DNA of 64,000 nt from a virus, in the IMG/VR virus record IMGVR_UViG_3300033485_000002, positions 104,261 through 168,260 of that record. The stretch is one strand, 5' to 3'. Positions 47,801 to 56,144 of the stretch are shown here, one piece after another. Position 1 is the first letter of the stretch. Every line of letters starts with the position of its first letter. The notes below the pieces were generated by a model. The model was not told the origin of the DNA and searched no databases. It was given only the letters and a program-made list of their open reading frames with translations. A program made the translations under genes and the position numbers.

Positions 47801-48128
47801 TATCTTCTTGACGATCAAGGCTCCTTCGGAAGATATCGCCAAGCTGATGATCCTGTATCGGCTGCTCCGTCGTTCAGTGTTGAATAAGGAGCTGGGTAAG
47901 CAGATGTTGGCGATTTCACCGTTTACCCGGCAACGGGTTTTCCCTGATCTCAACGCTCGTTTGTTGGCACAGTGGGCAGCGGCTCATTTTATCGTGATCG
48001 CACATGAAGGGCCAAAGGGAACTCGATTCCAGCCACCACGGCACCATCCTACTACTCGTGAGTATGCGGCTCAACGTGCAGCGGTTGGGGGCGAGCATCG
48101 GTTTGCCCGGATGCTTGGGTTCAAATAA
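44856..48128 (+). CDS. 1090-aa hypothetical protein, putative internal head/ejected protein
   Basis: Head module context; NLEELLE leader; no recognisable family. Confidence 0.7.
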   Translation: MFGPYANLEELLEATKTPPTGQAAAKVIAPFAKNSKPKMNWKPFDTIEVYKKFREAYTQDEDQLRSIAKNNFVAKAILQAFLVQEFPLKVYVQGIPDGNMPEQISRQFAFALTRQTYEKVITSAISRGHLVRYFYVYLVGGLDRAAWDTIVNQVWTRCEEFIANKSSKETVAHYLKEITSDIKSKYWKEQILGVIKYRVHEASTPGGHAPTELVLTVEHEDPPFEYASGERRNALTASDYQHLMQTPIRSNQPDVRLALHKLYTAYAWDLFDEFVKREATGPEKLIGSLLKQAPLRHQYDAVVHPDRKRVAPPGEMKRDTGEHPFRGFAEGRSKVVGSIKSSEYRFDTVTADPAYRAWLQSDGSVKKPEKQPVDQRDFNTFFPVAPVAPLLENAHYKITFGIHYDNPLLSRDSRGQTYWYANRSQFLQAAYQYAVMTGDRPTIAFFITSKLGSNANEIMSENELSKHHAGPEARDIIKQKDDLVLAFWRHADQGQRAFPILIAKWFGVSPDKYVVPYNPNKDVPENIDPADWHKYRAWVQKTASTKLGLNLSSLHDMSAKDKETMLKLQQHPPGRDHIAGAMALNRTRKFTGERDEKGNPIEPWGVYLIQYALAYGMSDAAATPTFMVPINVIKSTKGTIPPHRTLTKVLRNDLEKLLRTHWPDYKVTNPRYSTGKRAPLSDWKFIAGNPALPFPYPRLVRPLPLADAEVRDKLNAKYPNNVRRTTHGFQIDGVTYDAFVMLVAMPPSVVEKEFNLLKRDGTARQLISDPTMLSRLKGAGSPREMLKRVKSKGLPDEHPENIKGEGTLKQMGLMPRSMGVQFMTNPYEKASQEVDPFKLLNMEKATPLGPEYYLSQIGERWKPKITTILTDAGNVAYRAVTGFEHEQSPEKRKEMYANWLKAVALNMEKSEDALTQLLKDVVAAVDLEHRTTGSDMARRQQLYLDYVRRETAAGGAYKEPQLIYKIKMTEFQAPIGSTGFRNIFLTIKAPSEDIAKLMILYRLLRRSVLNKELGKQMLAISPFTRQRVFPDLNARLLAQWAAAHFIVIAHEGPKGTRFQPPRHHPTTREYAAQRAAVGGEHRFARMLGFK

Positions 48129-49288
48129 TGGCTATTGTTGTTGAGCGGCATGTCTTCTTCCTACGGGCAGTAGGACAGACTATAGACACGCTGAGTTACC
48201 CTTCTCCAAAGTCACGAGGAGGACGAGAGTACGTTCGGCTCATGCTTCGGCTTGAGCATAGGCGGCTGCCTTGGCCGGGGGAAAAGCATCGTAGCCTCGT
48301 GTACTTGGACGATAGTCAACTAGGAGCGGTTCCTATTGAACAGCTAAAAACTCCCAAAGTAGAGGTTCCCCAGTTTCGTCCTTGGCGATTAGAACTCCAG
48401 ACGGCTGACACTAATCTTATGCGTAACTTCTTGCTTGGGAAAGATTTCTCCCATCCGAAGTTACTTGTAGCGGATGTCCCGAATCCTGAGTTATTGATGT
48501 CGCGTTCGGCGATGGCGCGGCATCTATTTGATGAGTTCTCTAAACGACGTAATAAGCAGTGGATATGGCTCCATACTCCACACATGCCCCATGACGTGGC
48601 TCGGGAAGTTTGGTTACCTTATGACCCAACTCACCCTGAGCAACGAGAACCTGATCGGGATCAGTGGTTACGTGAAGCTAAACATTGGCTGGCTAATGGG
48701 CCGGAACGTGTTATGGGGCCAAGGGATACTTTTGGGTTGAGCATGGCAAAAATGGTCAACAACCAGAAAGTCTATGACCCTCATACTATTATCCCCCTTG
48801 GTATCGCTTACTGTTTACGATATTACGACAAGCATGCACCACTAGAAGCAGGAGTACCTACTGCGCCTAGAGGGGTTGCATCACGACTCCAAGATTATCT
48901 GAAACAGGCACAGCCTACAGGGAAACCAGACATATGGTATGCCATGGGGGCGGTGTATATCCCTGATCAGGCAATAGGCCGTCAAGGGCTAGAAACTTAT
49001 CGAAAAGGTCAACGAGTTCCTCTTGCTCCAGGTAAGACGTTAACCACTCGCCGTCTGTTTAAAGTCATGGGGAGAACAGTTGCAGAAGCCCGTCAGAATG
49101 CAGAAGCTTATCTGGCGAAGCTCAAGGAAAACCCAGCTACGGAATATATTGGGTACAAGTGGGGGAACGCTTGGGAAAGGAACAAACAGGAACTCATCAA
49201 TCATCAGGTGTGGGTAAGACAAAAGAAGTCACGTCCTAAAGTGAATGAAGCATTCTACCGAAGAGATTCGCTTTATAGGGTTTATTAG
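48128..49288 (+). CDS. basic hypothetical protein
   Basis: TAATG coupling; head module. Confidence 0.7.
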   Translation: MAIVVERHVFFLRAVGQTIDTLSYPSPKSRGGREYVRLMLRLEHRRLPWPGEKHRSLVYLDDSQLGAVPIEQLKTPKVEVPQFRPWRLELQTADTNLMRNFLLGKDFSHPKLLVADVPNPELLMSRSAMARHLFDEFSKRRNKQWIWLHTPHMPHDVAREVWLPYDPTHPEQREPDRDQWLREAKHWLANGPERVMGPRDTFGLSMAKMVNNQKVYDPHTIIPLGIAYCLRYYDKHAPLEAGVPTAPRGVASRLQDYLKQAQPTGKPDIWYAMGAVYIPDQAIGRQGLETYRKGQRVPLAPGKTLTTRRLFKVMGRTVAEARQNAEAYLAKLKENPATEYIGYKWGNAWERNKQELINHQVWVRQKKSRPKVNEAFYRRDSLYRVY

Positions 49289-49320
49289 GTGTGCGGGTAG
49301 GAACTTAGGAGGATTTTACC

Positions 49321-49686
49321 ATGACCCCAATTGACACTTTGTATTTTCAGTGGGTAGTGACCGAGGAAGAGAAGAAAGAGCCGAGCATCTTCGAGAGTAT
49401 CGTGGAGCTGCCTGCGGTTGCCAAGGTCAATGACCTGTTAAACACTTACGCTTCGATGATCAGTGATCTCATCGAGGCGGAAGTGAATCGTCGTGCTGTG
49501 ATCGATGAGTATGTCGCGAAAGCGAAGGAAGACCCCGAGCTGGAGGAGATGTCCGATAGCGAGCTGGCTGAGGGTATTCTGGCGCTGGAGGACGTGCAGG
49601 AGAACGAAGAGCTGGTGGAAGCTCAGCGCAATGCGCTGGACATGTTCCACGAGAACCTCGTGAAGGTACTGGCTAACGAGGAGTAA
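49321..49686 (+). CDS. acidic helical protein, possible prohead core component
   Basis: AGGAGG SD; Glu-rich; high-expression codons. Confidence 0.7.
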   Translation: MTPIDTLYFQWVVTEEEKKEPSIFESIVELPAVAKVNDLLNTYASMISDLIEAEVNRRAVIDEYVAKAKEDPELEEMSDSELAEGILALEDVQENEELVEAQRNALDMFHENLVKVLANEE

Positions 49687-49688
49687 TC

Positions 49689-50165
49689 ATGCTGGGGAAG
49701 CCATTACAACGCGCTGCTCAGATTACGAATGATGACGCTGTAGCTTTAGCTGTAGACGCGCTGTTGTATGGTTCGGATGAGGATCCTGATCGGGATACGA
49801 CAGCACGCGGGTGGGATACCCACCATTATGGCGAAGGAGATGACGCTATGAAAATGTGGTATGAGGAACTTCAGGATATCGACGCGGTTATCTCGGAGAA
49901 CGTCGAGGTGAACCCAACTGCGCTTCCGACTGGTGACTTGCTGGAGCGGATTGACACGGCTGTCGAAGCACTGAATTCGTGCTATGCGCTGGCTGTGCCA
50001 GTTTGGCAGAAGCGGATGCTTCACCTGCATTATAACGAGCTGGCCGAGGTAGCTGGCGACCTTCGTGCGGGCAAGATCAACGCCGCTGAAGGGGAAGCTC
50101 GTTTCGCTACTGTGATGGCTGACGTTAGCGAGATCGTGGACTTCTCGAATCTGTTTGGGAGTTAA
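49689..50165 (+). CDS. acidic hypothetical protein
   Basis: GAGGAG SD. Confidence 0.7.
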   Translation: MLGKPLQRAAQITNDDAVALAVDALLYGSDEDPDRDTTARGWDTHHYGEGDDAMKMWYEELQDIDAVISENVEVNPTALPTGDLLERIDTAVEALNSCYALAVPVWQKRMLHLHYNELAEVAGDLRAGKINAAEGEARFATVMADVSEIVDFSNLFGS

Positions 50166-50168
50166 GCT

Positions 50169-50528
50169 ATGCCGACCCTCTCGTTTGACGGGTCGGTTTA
50201 CTACTCGACGGCTGTAGATCGACGGGAGTTGGTTCGCATTGCGCCGTCTCTTTCAGTGACGATGCTGATGAACCGTGCTCAGTCGTCTATCGCTGTTAAC
50301 AACACCCATGAAGTCAACTTCTCCGACCTTCCTGGAAATAAGGCTACGGTCATTATGCTGTCCTTGTCGAGCGGTACGATAGCTGTGAATGTTACGGATA
50401 ATACCTCGCATACAGCTACGTTTAACTTGACCTCAAGCGGCATGTTGATTCTGATGAACACGCTGGTTACCAACTTGACGATTACTTGCACGGTAGCTGC
50501 GGTATATGACTTGATCGCGGGGGCCTGA
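50169..50528 (+). CDS. small beta-rich putative virion protein
   Basis: T/S/V-rich strands. Confidence 0.65.
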   Translation: MPTLSFDGSVYYSTAVDRRELVRIAPSLSVTMLMNRAQSSIAVNNTHEVNFSDLPGNKATVIMLSLSSGTIAVNVTDNTSHTATFNLTSSGMLILMNTLVTNLTITCTVAAVYDLIAGA

Positions 50529-52810
50529 TGGCAAAGTTTGGTGATAACACTACCCCCGATCTGGGTTTGTTTTTCGGGGATCAGGGAGGACCGGGTACGG
50601 CTCTCCCGCAAACTGATGCTCAGAAGATGTGCCCCTTTCTCGACCAGCAACAGGGCGCTTTCTGTTCGCTGGACGGAGCGATGTGTCCTTTTGTCGGGTT
50701 CAACTACCGCAAATGCAAGAAGTACATGAACAACCTGACAAAGGGAGTCTTTGCCAGCACTAACCCGACTGGGATAGTACCGAAGACTAAGCCCCCTCGC
50801 CTTGAAGCCCTCACCGAGGGCAAAAAAGGGGGGCGTATTCAAGCTCTCTTAGAGGCAAAAGGTGGGGCAAAAAAGCCTTCTGAAAAGAAGGCAGCCGCCC
50901 CCCCTAAGAAGAAGACGACACCTCCTAAGAAAAAGAATGGGTCTACTGTTGACACTGAAAAAGAGCTGAACGACTTCCTTAGTGGTAAGGCACAAGCTAT
51001 AGAAGTAGGTTCTTCTCGTAAAGGTGGCGGAAAAAAGACTGCCCCGGCACCAGAACCGTCAGCTCCAGATAGAGGCGATCCGCTGCCGCCATTGCCGGTT
51101 CGGCAGCAACGAGCTTTACCTGTTGCGAACCAGATAGCCTTAAATGCTGTCCTTGCTTTACAGAATAAGGATGTGCAGTCAAAGGAAGCGCAGCAGACGT
51201 TTGCTGATAGTTTTGAAACTTTCGTTAACATTAAAGCGGCGATGCCTCCTCCTCCTGCGTCATGGAGTGCTCGTCAAGCAACAGTTGACAAACAACATCA
51301 AGAGTTACGTAATCTGCAAGCTCATATTGACGCCTATCTTCGTCGATCATTAGGACTTAAGATCGAAGGTGGGACTAAGACAGATTACCGTCATGTAACG
51401 GATGCAATGTTTGATGCTATGCACCAATACATTGACATGGGGGAATTCCGGGACTGGCGTACACGAGATGTAGATCTTAAGAATGCTCCTGACTCAGGTT
51501 TAGAGCGTGATTTAAGTGAACCGCGTGGAGGGAGCCAAGGGACTGAACCGGTAGGAGCATCTGCACATGCTGCTCCTGGAGTGGGGCCACATGATGCCGG
51601 GTCAGCAGAGCAATCGGCTGCGGGCGCTCCTCCACCGCCTCCTGGTAGTAAAACAGCGGCACAGCAGGTTGTGACTGATGTAGGGCACCGTATCCAAATG
51701 GACACGGATGCTGAAACATCGTCAACTGGAACAACTGGAACATCCAAACGAACAAAGCATCCTAGCGGGTTCTCCCAAGCCGCAGGGGATACTCGTAACT
51801 ATGAACAAACTGTTGGTAGGATTGAAGCAGAGTTCAACAGCTTAACCCCCGAGGAGAAACGAACTTTCTATCGCGGAGATGGTGAGCTGAATAGCCCCGA
51901 AAAACTGATAGCCAAAGCCAAGCAGCTTTGGGCGGTTAACGATACTTCTGGTTTAGAGACTCTTACCCGAGAGCTTACAAATCGTGTAAGGGACATCAGA
52001 AAAGTTGCTCAAGCCCGAGCTGAGTTTGACCTCGCTTGGGATAACAACATCGAGTTTCTTAAACGTAATCATCTTGTCGATGACGGAACATTGAAAATGC
52101 TCCGTACGGACCCAGCGCGAACCGGCAAAATCGCCGACATGATGAACAGGGCGCGTAAGAAGCTCTACACGGTAGAGACCCAGAATATGTCGCTTGGGGA
52201 CAAGAAGATCACCAAGCTTGTCCGCCAAGCTACGCTTCCAGTATTAGATCGTACGGACTATGAAGTGATGCGGATGTCCGAGCAGCTCGGGTTGGCTGCG
52301 ATTCAGAAGCAGCATACGTACGGTCGGGATTATGGTAAGTTCAATACCTGGAATCTTTTAGTTAAGCAGGTTTTAGCCCCGATCGCGTTATTGTGGACTG
52401 GACATGCGGGGTATGTCCGCCCCCTGCTGCATATTTGGCCGCAGCAGTTCCTGGACTCGCTGTACTTCGCGTATCTCCAAAGTCCGTTACCGAAGTTGCG
52501 GGGGAGCAGTATGCCGCAGCTTTCACGGGATACGAAGTTCGAGTTGAGCCAGAAGATGTCAACTCCTAGCCAGCAAGATCGGCTCATGAAGGGGTTTTAC
52601 ACTGACCCACCTGGGTTAAAAGGATTCGACTCGGCAGGGGTGGTTATGCCCCCGGATACAGCTATCCTCCACAATCGCATGTATCCAACGACCAAGGAGT
52701 CTTGGCCGAAGCGTCGAAAGAATGTACTTGCACAGCGGTATCAGGAAGTGAAGGCCCGTTTAGCCAACCCTGCGGATGATTGGCGGCGTGGGTACTTGCG
52801 GGGGCATTAA
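50528..52810 (+). CDS. 760-aa protein with N-terminal Cys cluster, putative internal head protein
   Basis: CPF..CSLDGAMCPF..C; RLEALTE and QALLE junctions; low-complexity linkers. Confidence 0.7.
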   Translation: MAKFGDNTTPDLGLFFGDQGGPGTALPQTDAQKMCPFLDQQQGAFCSLDGAMCPFVGFNYRKCKKYMNNLTKGVFASTNPTGIVPKTKPPRLEALTEGKKGGRIQALLEAKGGAKKPSEKKAAAPPKKKTTPPKKKNGSTVDTEKELNDFLSGKAQAIEVGSSRKGGGKKTAPAPEPSAPDRGDPLPPLPVRQQRALPVANQIALNAVLALQNKDVQSKEAQQTFADSFETFVNIKAAMPPPPASWSARQATVDKQHQELRNLQAHIDAYLRRSLGLKIEGGTKTDYRHVTDAMFDAMHQYIDMGEFRDWRTRDVDLKNAPDSGLERDLSEPRGGSQGTEPVGASAHAAPGVGPHDAGSAEQSAAGAPPPPPGSKTAAQQVVTDVGHRIQMDTDAETSSTGTTGTSKRTKHPSGFSQAAGDTRNYEQTVGRIEAEFNSLTPEEKRTFYRGDGELNSPEKLIAKAKQLWAVNDTSGLETLTRELTNRVRDIRKVAQARAEFDLAWDNNIEFLKRNHLVDDGTLKMLRTDPARTGKIADMMNRARKKLYTVETQNMSLGDKKITKLVRQATLPVLDRTDYEVMRMSEQLGLAAIQKQHTYGRDYGKFNTWNLLVKQVLAPIALLWTGHAGYVRPLLHIWPQQFLDSLYFAYLQSPLPKLRGSSMPQLSRDTKFELSQKMSTPSQQDRLMKGFYTDPPGLKGFDSAGVVMPPDTAILHNRMYPTTKESWPKRRKNVLAQRYQEVKARLANPADDWRRGYLRGH

Positions 52811-54261
52811 TGGCACGACTGGCACCACGTAAGACCGTACCGAAGAAGCGGACGGCCCTTGAAGCAGCCCGGTTTGCTGAGTTTCAGAATCCGGACATGA
52901 TGCTCCGTGGGTATTGGATGAATGAGAAGAGTCCAATTACAGTCGAAGTGCCGATTTTCCCGCATGGTTACTACCCCAAGCTTGGGGCCACAGAACATGA
53001 GGTTCGTGCCAATATCGAGTATCGACGGGTTACAGTACCGTCTGTGTCCGAGATTCGGCAGCATGGCGTCGATGTCCAACAGGCGTTCTTTGTAGCCGAG
53101 GTTGTAGTAGATCGCCGTCATATCAAGAACCACAACTACTTTCGAGGCGATTTTCCGGCTGCTGTGAAGGCATTGGCCCGCCAGCATGGGATCTTGTTTG
53201 TCCTACCGGCAAACGATATGCCGTCTGCCCGTCTTGTCCGTAAAGAAGTGCTGAACTTTTGGCGGCAGTTGTTCACTCCGCTGTTCATCAAGGGGCACCA
53301 TTACACCTCGGGGCGGATGACCATGTTCATGGCCGCTCCTTCAGGATCGTTAACCCGGTTGAAGACGGCGTTGAATTTGGAAGCGAAGGATACTCCAGAG
53401 GATAACTTGCAAGAATGGTATCCTCATGCGGGAGTTCCGCCTCTCCCCCGAAAGCGTCGTCCGCGTGGTCCTCGTCCAAAATTTACGTCTCGGGAAAATT
53501 ATTTAGCTGATGAAATTGCGAGCCAAACTACTGAACGGATGAGAGATCAACTCTTACCGGTTCTTCGGTCTAAGTTGGAGATCCCGAGTAACTCTCATGC
53601 GGCTCAAGAGTTAGAAGACTACGTCTCTGATCCGGCTACAGCACGAAGCTTGATTCGTGAAACGGGGAACGGGAAATCCCCTCAAGCCATTCAAACTTGG
53701 GTGAAGCACCGTTTGATCCCCAGGATCAAGGAAATTGTGAAAGAGGAAGGTGTTCAAGCTGCTGAGGGCGTGTTGCGCTCTAGTGTTCAGTTTGCGTTTC
53801 AAGTGACGATCGGGGTTGTGCTGAGTAACATTTTCCAGCAGATGAAAACTTCAAAATTTGGTCAAAAGAGAATGCAAAACTTCAACTACACTCCGGAAGT
53901 TAGTACCTCTTACCCGGTTGGTGGTGGAAGATTTGAACATGCTCCTACCAAGAATGTGAACATTGAAGAGAAGTTAGTAAAAGTTGTAGCTTATGCGAGT
54001 AAATACACTCGGCAATATGGAGTTCATAATGCTAAAGATGTTCTGGACTTCCATGTTACCCCTACAAAGGTAACAATTAACTTCAACCAAGAACATTATG
54101 AATCAGCGTTGAAGCACCGTCCGAAAGCACTTGGGTCATTGGTTGACGCTGAAGAACTCAAGGCATTCGAAGGGAACCTGCCCTTGCTTCAAGCGGCTAT
54201 CAATGATTCTTATCGCCAGTATAACGACTTGTTTCCTGAATCAGATATGATGGACATTTAG
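52810..54261 (+). CDS. hypothetical protein, putative internal head protein
   Basis: TAATG coupling; NLQE junction. Confidence 0.7.
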   Translation: MARLAPRKTVPKKRTALEAARFAEFQNPDMMLRGYWMNEKSPITVEVPIFPHGYYPKLGATEHEVRANIEYRRVTVPSVSEIRQHGVDVQQAFFVAEVVVDRRHIKNHNYFRGDFPAAVKALARQHGILFVLPANDMPSARLVRKEVLNFWRQLFTPLFIKGHHYTSGRMTMFMAAPSGSLTRLKTALNLEAKDTPEDNLQEWYPHAGVPPLPRKRRPRGPRPKFTSRENYLADEIASQTTERMRDQLLPVLRSKLEIPSNSHAAQELEDYVSDPATARSLIRETGNGKSPQAIQTWVKHRLIPRIKEIVKEEGVQAAEGVLRSSVQFAFQVTIGVVLSNIFQQMKTSKFGQKRMQNFNYTPEVSTSYPVGGGRFEHAPTKNVNIEEKLVKVVAYASKYTRQYGVHNAKDVLDFHVTPTKVTINFNQEHYESALKHRPKALGSLVDAEELKAFEGNLPLLQAAINDSYRQYNDLFPESDMMDI

Positions 54262-54265
54262 TTTC

Positions 54266-55006
54266 ATGCACCCGGAACAAGTTGAAGCTATCAATGAAGT
54301 CGCTGAAAGGGCGGATAGGTTATCCGACCTCATAATGCGAGTTTGCCATTGTGACGAAGATACAGCCCTTAATATCGTGCATGACCTCCCGCAAGTTGTA
54401 CAACGGCTACAAGCAAATGACATTCAGGGTCTACTGAAAGAGGCTGTAGAACGAGTGCCATATCGTTCTATCCCCCCGAAGCCGATGCCGATCCCTGCCC
54501 ATCAGCTTTACCCAGGGCACCCGAATTTCTTGCCCCCGGTGACTACGAAATCAGCTTTCAACGCACATGTGGCTCAGGCCATGTCTCCTTACGTGAAAGC
54601 GGTTGTGGACCGGGTGGCAAAAGACCGAGAACTGGAACCGCCTGATCTTAAGACCATCGAAGCTGTACTGGAAAAGACGGATTGGGCGCGGGCAGCTTAT
54701 GAAGCTAAGAAGATGCCTCCTAAGCCTCCGCCAAGCAAGTTACGCCAATTCTTCAAGAAGTATGTATTCGGCCCTTTGGACGCCGTAACAGACAAAGTAC
54801 CTTTGGCCCACTTTTGGGGCTACATCGGAGCTGCTCAGATCCTGCTGATTTTGTGGACTGCGCTAGGTGGAACCCTAGCCCGAGTTGAGCGTGCCGGAGC
54901 ACCTGTTAAGGTGTACGACATGATGTCCCGTAGAAAGCAGGCTAGGCTATTCCAGAAATACGCCAAGAAGAGCGGTATGAAGTGGCCGGGGGGCGGAGTC
55001 TATTAA
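54266..55006 (+). CDS. hypothetical protein with one TM segment
   Basis: FWGYIGAAQILLILWTALGG hydrophobic stretch. Confidence 0.7.
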   Translation: MHPEQVEAINEVAERADRLSDLIMRVCHCDEDTALNIVHDLPQVVQRLQANDIQGLLKEAVERVPYRSIPPKPMPIPAHQLYPGHPNFLPPVTTKSAFNAHVAQAMSPYVKAVVDRVAKDRELEPPDLKTIEAVLEKTDWARAAYEAKKMPPKPPPSKLRQFFKKYVFGPLDAVTDKVPLAHFWGYIGAAQILLILWTALGGTLARVERAGAPVKVYDMMSRRKQARLFQKYAKKSGMKWPGGGVY

Positions 55007-55410
55007 TGGGTGTTCGCCGACAATGGAAAGTATTGAAACTATCTCAGGTTGAGATGGATAGCGATACACGAGTCAAACTTATCGAAGCCATCACCCGCAA
55101 AAAGGATATTCAGGTCACTCTTTATGCATGGGACGTTGACCCATTGCAGCAAGTAGCACGGGAAGCTTTTTTCACCGAACAAGCTGCTATCAAAGACTGG
55201 TTTCTTCAGAAACGGTTGTGGGAAGCTGATACCCCGCCTCCTGGGGTTACCCTCCGAAAATGGGCAATAGGTGTAGATGACATTATGGGAAACATTCACA
55301 ACATGAAGTTGCGCAATATCCCATTGTCGTTAAACGCCGAGATCAGAGTTGGCATCATTCCTTCCTCTCTATACGAGGATCTGCAACGATCCTTGAAAAA
55401 GCAGTCGTAA
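55006..55410 (+). CDS. hypothetical protein
   Basis: GGAG SD; TAATG coupling. Confidence 0.65.
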   Translation: MGVRRQWKVLKLSQVEMDSDTRVKLIEAITRKKDIQVTLYAWDVDPLQQVAREAFFTEQAAIKDWFLQKRLWEADTPPPGVTLRKWAIGVDDIMGNIHNMKLRNIPLSLNAEIRVGIIPSSLYEDLQRSLKKQS

Positions 55411-55492
55411 ACTCCCTCTATCTCAACCTGTATCTCCTTATTGACTGATTGGGAACTGATGCCCATTTCGGGCAATACCATAGGAGGTACAC

Positions 55493-55765
55493 ATGACTTA
55501 TCCGAACATGGACCTGCAAAGCCTTCCGGCCACCATTGAGCTGCGGGTGGGAACGGATCAGGCTGAGCGAACCCTTCAGCTTTCGTATTACCAGATTTGG
55601 GCTGGTATTCAGGGCCTGAAGATCATCGACGACCTGGGAACTGTTCCCGAGGTTGTCCACAACGCGGGCGACGATGCGGCGTTTGCTACGGCGCTCGATA
55701 ACCTGCTGACTGACCTTGTCGCCGCGATGGTTCACTACGACGCGATTTGGGCGATGGTTCCGTAA
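55493..55765 (+). CDS. hypothetical protein
   Basis: AGGAGG SD; high-expression codons. Confidence 0.7.
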   Translation: MTYPNMDLQSLPATIELRVGTDQAERTLQLSYYQIWAGIQGLKIIDDLGTVPEVVHNAGDDAAFATALDNLLTDLVAAMVHYDAIWAMVP

Positions 55766-55768
55766 CCT

Positions 55769-56134
55769 ATGGAACCTCGTCGTGTCACTCAGGCTAAAGT
55801 TGTTCCGGGTCAATCTGTGACTCGGTTCCATCTTGCGATGGACAACTCGATGTTGCCAGATGACACGACTGAGCTTCATGTGGCCCACCACACGTCCGGT
55901 GATCTGTCCGAACCGGCTGATTGGTACAATATTTACGAGCATCCAACTGAGTGGCAGCTCGAACTTGCTCGTATTGGCCTCAATATCGACAAAGAGGACT
56001 GGACGATTCTTGAGCATATGCTCGGGAGTTTCAAATGGGTGCTGTATAAGCATACTGCCGATCCTCATCGAGCCGAAATTCGTGTTGACGTGTCTGCCAT
56101 GAAACGTGGTGAGTGGACCACGACGTATTTCTAG
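55769..56134 (+). CDS. hypothetical protein
   Basis: Operon packing. Confidence 0.65.
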   Translation: MEPRRVTQAKVVPGQSVTRFHLAMDNSMLPDDTTELHVAHHTSGDLSEPADWYNIYEHPTEWQLELARIGLNIDKEDWTILEHMLGSFKWVLYKHTADPHRAEIRVDVSAMKRGEWTTTYF

Positions 56135-56144
56135 GAGATCGCTG

